This document shows, in pieces, positions 1-10,300 of a stretch of DNA of 63,746 bases. The DNA is from Lama glama (lineage: Eukaryota). Numbering within the stretch: the first letter of the stretch is position 1; the number at the start of each line of letters is the position of its first letter. A program made the position numbers and the translations under genes. The DNA lies in NCBI GenBank assembly GCA_028534125.1, contig CM052817.1, positions 17,052,001 through 17,115,746 of the forward strand, read 5' to 3'. The notes below the pieces were generated by a model. That model searched no databases. It was not told the origin of the DNA and worked only from the letters and a program-made list of their open reading frames with translations.

Positions 1-14
1 AATGAAAAGTTACT

Positions 15-345
15 CTTAACACCACCACTCAGGTAACCACTGTCACAGCTGACATGTAGGTTCTTCCAAAGGTAGATTCTTGTATAAATGGCTAGACAGT
101 CTGAAATTTCCCCCACAAAAATGGAATTCTAAAAACATCCTGTTTTGTAATCCTCTCTCATAAACATGTCATGAACATCAATTTATACCTAAAACCATAG
201 TAGTATTCTTCAGGATGTACTGTATTTAATCAGTCAGCCTCCTATGGTTGGACAATTAAGTTTTGTTCACTATTGTAAATGAGTCTATGATAAACATACT
301 TAGAACCAAATCTGATTTCCTTAGGATGAATTCCTATACATATAA
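15..345 (-). mobile_element. Old L1M-type fragment
   Basis: Degenerate antisense L1 motifs (tggttggacaattaagttt...tgatttccttaggatgaattcc). Confidence 0.55.
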
Positions 346-534
346 ATACTAGTTCTGTAGCTCTTAGTAGAACTTTTTTCCTTCCCAGATAGGAATCACA
401 TGAGTTGGTCTCTGAACAGCAACAGAAGTGATCACGGGAGACAAGCAAAACACGAACTGATACAGTTGAGACCCATATCTCCCAAATGTACTTCGTACCT
501 AAAACTACCCTTTGAGTAGTAATGATTGATTGCC

Positions 535-1136
535 GTATTGAATATTATTGATGGCTTGCTTCGCCACCATCATTTCCAACCTCTCCTTTGTGTGTCTGCT
601 GTGGGATTTGGGGGAGAGTAGGCTGACATCCTCTCCTGTTCTTTTTTCTTTTTCTTTAACTGGAGGTACTGGGGATTGAACCCAGCGCCTCATGCATGCT
701 AAGCATGTGCTCTACCCCTGAGCTATACCCAAGTCTCCCTCTCTGCTCTTAGGGAGGACTTTTTATGGGGCATAATTCCATCCCCTTTAACTGTGGTTGA
801 TTTCAGTGAGGCTCAGAATAGGGGCTGGTCTAATCACATGAGGCTCAGCACTTTAGTCATGTGATTGATGAAGGGGCTCTTGGTCTTCCTCTGAATGAGG
901 AAGCCTGTAGCTCCAGGTGCTGTTGGTAGTCTTCCAGTGACCACAAGGGGAGGCAGCCTTGTGGTGATGCACACCCTGAGCTGGGTCCCCGGTGACACCG
1001 AGGACACCGAGTTGCTGGATCTAGCCTGCCCTGAAGCTGGCCCTACTGCCGGACTTGTAATTTACTTGAGCCAATACATTCTAGTTATTACTTGTGCCAC
1101 TTTGAGTTGGATTTTTTCTGTGGCCTAATGAATGCA
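535..1136 (+). mobile_element. MaLR LTR (MLT1J/K-like), interrupted by a SINE
   Basis: ctggatctagcctgccctgaagc...tgagccaatacattc...tttgagttggattttttctg resembles the MLT1 3' portion. Confidence 0.65.
640..730 (-). mobile_element. tRNA-derived SINE (camelid vic-1-like)
   Basis: Reverse complement GGGTATAGCTCAGGGGTAGAGCACATGCTTAGCATGCATGAGGCGCTGGGTTCAATCCCCAGTACCTCCA plus A-rich tail; A and B boxes present. Confidence 0.9.
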
Positions 1137-1289
1137 ACCATGGTAAGGTAGAGAGATTCCAACACTACCACTGATTTCTTTTTCCAGAAAATTCAGTCAA
1201 TTTGTTTATTTTGTGTGTTTCACTTATTTTATGACTTCAAAATAGACCCCTCAAATTAACAGTCTTTCACACGGCTTAGATTAGTCACA

Positions 1290-1860
1290 CCCCACAAAAC
1301 TCCAACTTCCATCTCTGTATACTGAGTCCCACATCTTTGCTCAGGCCCTGACCTTTGCTCTTCAAACCTGCCTTCCCAGCTGCCTTTGGCCGTCACAGAT
1401 AGATTTCTACACCCACCTCCACCTGAACATGGTCCTCACTACACCCCTTCATTCTGGTCTGCTCTCCCTGTCTCCCCCCTCATACTTCCCTCATACCCCA
1501 CCACACCTAACGGCAACCAGTTCTCTGCTACCTGAGTCTGCGCACCCACATATACAACCTCAGTCTTGACGATGCCCTTGCCTTCATTCTCCCAATCTGA
1601 TCAATAATCCGTTCTTGGTATTCTACTTCAGAAATGTGTCTGGAATTGCCTCCCACACCCCCACCCCCTTGCCCAACTAGTCTTCCTGCCATGTTTACAC
1701 CTTCAGTCAGTCCTTCCTTTCTAACCCAACATCAGCCTCATCACAAGAATTAAGGTCCTGAATAACCAGTGAACCAATGTGACGCTGTCACCAACATGCC
1801 CCTCTGCAAATTATAAATCTCTGTTGGCAGCTGCCGGGCCCTTCAAAATCCAACCCCATG
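1290..1860 (+). mobile_element. L2 fragment
   Basis: C/T-rich degenerate L2 3'-region motifs; boundaries approximate. Confidence 0.5.
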
Positions 1861-3299
1861 TCATTATAACACGTGGAAAGATGCCATCAGCATGAGCTAG
1901 CCCAAGGGGTCTAGTGATTAAAGAAACAGCCTAGCTACCAAAAAGTTATTTCAAACCAGCTAGTTTTTGCACTTTCCCCCAAGCACTAGAAGAGGTGAGA
2001 CACAGCATAGGAATTCTTAAAGTCTGTTTTCTCTTCATTTCCCTCCCCACTTCCCCACTTCCCAGTCTCTGTACATTTATACCTCCTGCCCTTGCCTCCT
2101 TAAAAACCACCCATGCCTGATCCCTGGGCCTTTCCCCCCTTCCCTCTAGATTCTGTGCCACAGAAGCGCAAGTAAACCAGTTTGACAAAGCAGTGTTTTC
2201 CTTAGAGAATGGGGAGAGCAAGGAAACGGAGTGGGTAAAGCCAAAAATCTCCTTTATGGGACAGTATGAAAAAGAAAAGGCTGGAAACACTGTGTTCATA
2301 GCTCTTGTCCTATGGCTACTTTGAAACCTTTCCAGTAACAGTCATTCCCACTGACACAAACGAGGTGCTATGGCCACATAAAATTATTTGTAGTGTCCTG
2401 GCCACATCTGCAACTCCACACCTATGCTGTTTCCTGTGTTATACATACTTTGTGGGAAATTCATACTCTTCTGTGAAGGTTTCATAATAGGCAAGTAGTT
2501 GTTCTCTGTCTCCTAGCAGTGAGTGTATAGCTCTAACAACAGTCCTTTTCATGTGTTATATGAAGGTTCATATTCAAGGACACAGTTGAGAAAAATGGGC
2601 ATTCAGTTTTGATAAGACTGTTAAGCAGCTAGATATTAGTCCCCCACCATTTAGATTATCTATTGCCGCCTGTTGGAGGATGGGGAAGGTGTCTTGAGAC
2701 GGGAAAACGAGGCAGGCAGCTCTGTATCATCAATGGATCTGATTATTTTAGAGAACTTACAGGGTGGGATCCGGTGGACAATGATCTGGAAGCATCTGCA
2801 GCTGCACTTAGCACCTCAGAGGGGCCACTGGGACAATTTTATACTTCACCTAGAGAAACAGGAAGTGCATTCCTAAGTGAAGATTTATGAGTGGGTAACT
2901 AGTCTTGTGAGTGCCAAAATTAAGTCAGGGAAGGTCTTCATCATTGGGGACCAACAGAGCATAAAGGCCACCTGGTCCTAATGATTATTAACCAATATCT
3001 ATTAGCTACAAAGCCGTTAAGGACAGAGAAGTGATTTACCACACATCACAGTCCTAGGTAAGGTCAGTGGAAGGACAGGAGGAACTGTACTCGCCCAAGG
3101 TGGCGATAGTTATGCTAGCAACCATATACCACCCCAGAACGTTAAATAATGATCCAAAATGCATTTCATGATAACAAAGGCAAGGCCATTCTCACTTTAG
3201 AATACTGCTTCTGTAAGAATCTGGGAGACGTGCTAAATTGTTTGCAGCAAACTCAAGGGAAAAAGCCAGGCTCTCAAAGGGAGCAGGGTGAGTATCAAG

Positions 3300-3537
3300 G
3301 GTTACAAACAGTGCCTGGCGGAAAGCAGTGCTCGAATATTTGCTGCTGAACGAATTAGTCTACCTCTATCACCCACCTCCCAGCGGCTACATCCAGATAG
3401 AAGGCGGGAAGGTGCGGCATGTTGAAAGTTGAAGATCCCGCCGCCTTTCTCCTCTGAACAAGTGAAAGAAGTGAGAGGTATAGATGACTTTCTACCACAG
3501 ATTTTAAGTTCAAAATGATACTCTCACATTCTCTTAC
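3300..3537. promoter_or_regulatory. Probable upstream edge of the ANAPC4 promoter
   Basis: CpGs become more frequent toward the gap; GGCGGGAA (3403-3410) and TCCCGCC (3436-3442) are E2F-like cores. Confidence 0.45.
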
Positions 3538-4037
3538 NNNNNNNNNNNNNNNNNNNNNNNNNNNNNNNNNNNNNNNNNNNNNNNNNNNNNNNNNNNNNNN
3601 NNNNNNNNNNNNNNNNNNNNNNNNNNNNNNNNNNNNNNNNNNNNNNNNNNNNNNNNNNNNNNNNNNNNNNNNNNNNNNNNNNNNNNNNNNNNNNNNNNNN
3701 NNNNNNNNNNNNNNNNNNNNNNNNNNNNNNNNNNNNNNNNNNNNNNNNNNNNNNNNNNNNNNNNNNNNNNNNNNNNNNNNNNNNNNNNNNNNNNNNNNNN
3801 NNNNNNNNNNNNNNNNNNNNNNNNNNNNNNNNNNNNNNNNNNNNNNNNNNNNNNNNNNNNNNNNNNNNNNNNNNNNNNNNNNNNNNNNNNNNNNNNNNNN
3901 NNNNNNNNNNNNNNNNNNNNNNNNNNNNNNNNNNNNNNNNNNNNNNNNNNNNNNNNNNNNNNNNNNNNNNNNNNNNNNNNNNNNNNNNNNNNNNNNNNNN
4001 NNNNNNNNNNNNNNNNNNNNNNNNNNNNNNNNNNNNN
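3538..4037. other. Assembly gap (500 N)
   Basis: Run of N. Confidence 1.
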
Positions 4038-4237
4038 TGAAAGTTTGCGCTTTTGAAAATGCATAAATAACAACATAACTATCTTTTAGTTTTTTAATTA
4101 TTTAAAGGGACGATTTAGAGGTCAAATCATTTTTATGATTATGATGTATTTAAAATAGTAAAATTGGGTGAGAATTGAAATACCCATTTTTCTTGAATGT
4201 TACACTAATTTGTTTTAATTATTTTTTCTTATTCTAG

Positions 4238-4370
4238 TTTTGGCCTTCGCTCTTGCTGACACCAAGAAAATTGTTTTGTGTGATGTGGAGAAACCAGAAA
4301 GTTTGCACTCTTTTTCTGTGGAGGCTCCAGTTTCTTGTATGCATTGGATGGAAGTGACTGTAGAAAGCAG
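4238..4370 (+). CDS. ANAPC4: ANAPC4 exon 4 (133 nt)
   Basis: ttctag|TTTTGGCC...GAAAGCAG|gtagag; LAFALADTKKIVLCDVEKPESLHSFSVEAPVSCMHWMEVTVES. Confidence 0.96.
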
Positions 4371-7300
4371 GTAGAGAATAAGCTCCAGTAGTCACAATCA
4401 GATGTCGTGAAATTTTCATTTTTTTTAAAAATGGAAACTTAGGAGTGTCTGAGTGTTGGATATGTGTCCATTACGTTTAACTTTCGGTTTTTAAGTTTAT
4501 CGAGGTAAAATATTTTTTAATGCTTTGTTAGACTTTTTTCTCTTCTGAGAAAATCTATTTTCTTATTGAAGTAATAATGCCTGAATGGACAAGATTTTTC
4601 TTTTCAGTCATTTTTAGTAGTTTAAAGCAGTGATTTATATGTACAAGTAATATTAATTAAAATTACTGATTAGCAAGTTGAGGTTCTGTTTTCCTTTTCA
4701 GCATGTATTTCATATGGAGCTTTGTTTTTTTGTGTGTCTTGGTAAACATTCTTAGAATATGAAAAGTACTGAATTGAGCATTCTGTTTTGATGCTAAACT
4801 GGTTCTTTCTGTGTTCGTGGTCCCAATAGTTTCCTTGTTTCATGAAGGTAATTTTGCCTTAGTCTTCGATGTCAAGTATTTTGCCAGGTTTGCGTTAAAG
4901 GTGGCCTAAAGATCAGTGGGTTTAGTGAATATAGAAAATAAAGTTTCTTTTTGAGGAAATGTGATCATTTTCTTTACATTAGCTTTTCTATTCTAATTAA
5001 GGTTTAAGTTAAATATCAAATGAATTTGTAAATCCTGATTATTAATTCACAGATTTCCTAAGTGGGGGGCCATACAGAATTGGATAACAAAGATCTAGCC
5101 TGGGGTTTGAATTCACTGTAGATAAAACAGGGATTAATCCATCATCAAATAATCAAAGGTGGCAAATGGTCATGTGAATTCATAGATGGTTAGAGGAGCA
5201 GAGTATACCACGGACTTTCTATCCCTGCCCAGTTGCCTTCCAAGTGTGTTCTAACACTCTCTACTGAGGAATCAGAAATGTTATGTGGGGATTCCAGGGT
5301 CTCTCATGACACCACTTTTTCTCCTTTTCACTCATTTATTTTCAACCACATTTGGAGGTAGAGTTGAAAACGGAAATGGAATAAATAAAACTATTCAAAA
5401 TACATGGTGTCATCTTATGTACCTGCTGGGTTGTTAAATCTCCAGATATATGTAAGCCATAGAACCCATCATTAAATTATATAATAATTGCAGTGTTTTT
5501 TAAAATTACTCCTGGTACTCAGATGTTCAGTGTCAATTCTTAGAGGAGAGTTAAGAAATCATAAATTCTCAGTATCTGATACTGAATACTTTTGAATACA
5601 TTTCATATACTAAGAAGACTGTTGATTTGTCTCTGTAAATGTAAACTGAGTTTTTTCAGAAATAAAGTTCTAAGTAAATGATTTCCAGTTTTCTATTTCT
5701 TGTTAGTTACAGTGACTGTTTTACAGTGGTAAACTCTGTGACATCTGTTTACTTGGCAATGTAAAATGTATACAACCAGGCATTTAAAAAAACTAGTATT
5801 TTTCAATGGAAAAAAAAGTAAATCTTTTTTTTTATAATGCTTGTTTTTGTTTTGTTTTGTTTCCCCCTTTTTAGTGTTCTAACATCTTTTTATAATGCTG
5901 AGGATGAATCAAACCTTCTCTTACCTAAGCTTCCTACGTTGCCAAAAAAGTAAGTATCAGAGTTTAATTTCATTGGAATTAATCTTGCAGATTTCTTTTC
6001 TTTACTTTTAACATGTAACAATTTTCTCGTCTGTTTTTAAAAACTGTATTTTTGTTAAGAATATTTTTTATCCTAATCTCTGTTTTTCTCTAGTTATAGC
6101 AACACCTCAAAAATATTTAGGTAAGATAATACCCTTTTTGTTTTCAAGTAAGATAATCTTTTACTACTTGAAATATATAGTTGAAAGATAATCCAATTTA
6201 TTTTTGTATTTTAGTGAAGAAAATTCTGATGAAATTATTAAGCTTTTGGGAGACGTCAGGTAAGTCTTGCAGATATCTTAATGAGTCTAATTTTCTTAAA
6301 TTTGATGCTTGATATTTGAGGCAGTTTTTAGACTAAAGTTTCAAGGACAGTTTCTTTATTTGTCATGTTATTTCATTGCTGACAAGTACCTCTGAACAAT
6401 AAGCAGATAATATCTGTTATTTACTTGTCTTTATTGTATGGTTTTTGATTGTGTCTGGTTTAATATTATGGTGTACTTTTATTTTAAGAAGTAAAGGAGG
6501 AATGAAGTACTAGAGTTTCTAAAATTTAAATTTAAATATTCAAATTCTTTAAGTCCATTTAATATATTTAGCATCAAAACTGATGATGCTTTGTGTTAGC
6601 TGAAAAAGGGATGCTTTATTATTGAGAGTATATAAATACAGTTATCATTAAAATAATATATTCTTATTTTACTATAAACTGATGTTTTCTAGGTTGGATA
6701 AAGTTTATGTTTTTCCTTTGAAAGAAGGAATAAGCTCAGTGTGATTGAGTCTTGGTGAGTTTGTTTGGTGATTCAGTTGTCCTGCAAGGGAGCTTGAGCA
6801 TGCAGAGTATATGAGAGCAGGAACAACTCAGGTCTTGGTTTAAGAATTCTGTCCTCTCTGTTGTCTTCACCTTGTGCATTATTTTAAATTAGGCTTAATA
6901 TTCTTGTCCTTGGAGGAAGTGCTGGATTTATTGAGCTTTATGCTTATGGAATGTTCAAAATTGCTCGGGTCACAGGGGTAAGTTTTTCTTTAAAATTTTC
7001 TATTTTTTCTCTTAGAATATAGCAGCTGACTGATTTATGGGAAAAGGATAAGACTTTACTTTTTAAAAAATTTCAGTTATTGAAATTATTCTTTAATATT
7101 AAAAGTATAATTTTCTTACTAAGATGAAATAGTGATATGATGTCCGTGAAGATCAGGGGCTCTTAGTGGAATTAGTCACATTTTTTCCTTAACAAAAAGA
7201 TTGATATGATACACTTGATTATGATTTAATGTTTTTCTGGCCTTGTAGTGTTTAAGAGGTACAGTTTGTGATTGGAATGTGATGAAAGTCATTGGAAGCC

Positions 7301-10300
7301 AGCTGATGCTCAGTTGTGGCCTTCTCCATGGCTTTTTCTTCTTATTCTTACCATTCCCTAAAGGAGTAGAAAATATTGTAGACTCTGTGGAATGTGTTGG
7401 TTCTCCGGCATTTGATTTGAGCCCCATATTGGGGGGGGTGTTGTCCTTGCAATGAAGTGGACACATGCCTTCGTCTGCTACACGTGCATGGCAGGAGCCA
7501 GGCGTGTGTGTTTCTACTTTTTAGAGCTCTGAATTCTTGCTTCCTGTATTGTAAGTAGGTGCGGTCTAGCAATAATACTAAATACACTGGGGACTTAACT
7601 GTTTTACAGATTGTTGGTACTTGTCTTGCATTATGTCTGTCAAGTGACTTGAAATCATTGTCAGTGGTCACAGAGGTGTCTGCTGGTGGTGCTTCAGAAG
7701 TTTCCTACTTTCAGGTGAGTATTGGAACCTGACAGCAGCAGAGAGTAAATGTATATTTTTAAAGGTTTAATAGTTTTTAATTATCCGTATCACTGGATTC
7801 TAATGGTCATTAAAACAAAAGAGCAAGAAAATCGACTTGGAGCATCTTATATATAGAATCTTATTGTAGTAAACACCGTACTATTCCAGTGATAATTTTC
7901 CCCAAAACAGTGTTTTGATGGTCTGTTAATGACCATATTACTTCGTTGCTGTGCCAGTTCATCTTTGTACCAGGTGTGTTTTTAGGACTCTGACCCAAAT
8001 AAAAGGAAAAAAAAGCTAATATTAATCATTTTATACGTGCCACATACTGAGTGACTTAGAATAATTCATTTGAATCTTCACAGTAACCCAATAGGTAGGT
8101 ACTGTTATTATCTCCGTGTCATAGATGAGTAAATGGGCGCACAGAGAAACTGTAATATGGTTGGTGTCACAGAGTTGGAAAGTGATGCTGGGCAGTCTGG
8201 CTCCATAGTGGTGCTCTTAACTAACACATTGTCTCTTGTGTAAGATGATTACTTAATGTTGGGAAAACCTTTCTTACTGTGTGCTATTTGTGTTATAGAT
8301 TGTGGAAACTGTTTGGAAACTGTTCTTAAATAACCCAGCCACTTAGCCTAAGTGTGCATGAACTCTTAAACAAAAGTAGGACAAAAGACGCAAGATGCGT
8401 GTGATGCCTTCCAGCGTTTGCTGTATTCAGAATGTTAGACAACCCTTCACTTTTTGATATTTGCTGGACAGTTGTTCGTGTTAGCTCTTTATCTTAAGGT
8501 TCTGTGAAAATATGATTTCCAGGATTGCATTTGGTGCTGTAATAAAGCAATTCACTATTTCTTTTAAATTTGTAATAGATACTTTTAATGACAGTTTTGT
8601 TGAGATAGTAGACTTTGTAATAGATACTTAACTTGTATTTATCAGTAGCCTATAATTCCTTTAAAGTTTCTTACAGATAATTCCTCATAGTAGTGTTACA
8701 AAATAGGTTATTACATTTATTCTAACTATGTAGAGGGGATTGCTAACCTAGAGAAAGTGATATGTGCACAGTTAGACACTGCAGATTAGAAAATCCTCAG
8801 GTTGTATTTTGTTAGTCTCCAAACTGTTATGCTCAAAAGGATCAGAATTCTGACAGTCTTTCTGATATATAGTTAGACCTTGACTCTTCTAAATTATAGG
8901 ACTTTTTTTTTTGATCTGAGAGGGACTTAATTTATCTTTAAAAGAAGTAATCATGTCTGCTTGTGACTCACTTTATTATTTTGATTTTACAGCTTGAAAC
9001 CAATCTGTTGTACTCTTTCTTACCTGAAGTAACTAGAATGGCCAGAAAGTTTACTCACATTTCAGCTCTTTTACAGGTATTTATTTCTAGCTTATTTTAT
9101 GTGAATGTTTGCTATAAGTTTCTAATGTTCTGTAAATAAAAACTTGAAAATCTTACCTTTTAAAGCCAACTGTATGTGGTAGAGGTGTCTAGTCTGGTAA
9201 ATAATTTTATAATGTCCATTAGAGCAAGAAAAAGAAATTTAATTGAAAATCTACTCCCACCCATCTCTATTTCTCCAAAAAAAAAAAAAAAAGGAAAAGA
9301 AAAAATAGTTTAAACTTTCTTAAACATTCTCATAAATAAAATAACATTTTGGAATTTTAAAAGTTTTATTGCAAATAAAGTATTATGGAAAACAGTCATC
9401 ATATCAATTACCTTTTGTATGTAATAAACGCACCCTAGATAAGCTCATGATTCTGTAGGTTAGTCAGTCGACAGTTTGAGCTGAGCTCAGCTGGAAGTTT
9501 TTGTTGTTCTGGTGAGATTCAGCTGCTCTGGGCTTGGTCATGCATGGGTGGCCAGCTGGCTGGTCCAAGTGTTCCTTAGCTGTAGTGGCTTTGGGCTTCA
9601 CATTCCTCATACCCAGCAGGCTGGACCAGGCTTGTTCATGGAGTGGTGACGGTGGCAGGCGTGTCAGGAGTGCAGGTGGAAGCGTGTACAGCCTTTTGAA
9701 GCTTTGGGCTCAGTGTCATTTCAGCAGCTTTGGTCATACCAAGGCACGAGGCCAGCTCAGATCAAAGGACTGGAGAAATTGACTCCTTGTCTGGATAGAG
9801 GAGCTACAAAGAACTGGGGCCTTCTTTCAGGCGACCACCCACAGTCGCTTATGTACTTCATGTCAAAGATTTCTGGAGATCAGTATCTTTTTAAAAGGAT
9901 ACTGTTTGAAAACTGAATGGTTGACCAAACCAGCGTTTTGACAGTTAATGTACATAAAATACATCTTATGTGTAAAAAGTAGAAAATACCTGTTTTGTAG
10001 GATAAAAACTTTAAGAATGTTTGATAGTTCAAGTGTTAGCTATGGTCTTTTCTTTCTAAGGCTTAACTGAGTTAAAAGTGATGGAAAGTAAATTCTGGAT
10101 TTCTTTGAGACGGTTGACAGTAGGAAGCATGTATTATTTAGTTAGCATATTGATTTAAATATTTTTTGCCACTTTAATATCTTTTTCTTCTTGTTAATAG
10201 TATATAAATTTGTCACTGACATGTATGTGTGAAGCCTGGGAAGAAATACTGATGCAGATGGATTCTCGTCTCACCAAGTTTGTGCAGGTAACGTAACTGA

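Noticed and set aside
1..3300. 3' end of the upstream neighbour gene (ZCCHC4 in human synteny)
   Set aside because: I recognised no coding exon; the region is mostly repeat relics.
3515..4076. Long ORFs across N runs (also 32961-33239 and 45911-46359)
   Set aside because: Artefacts of translating N.
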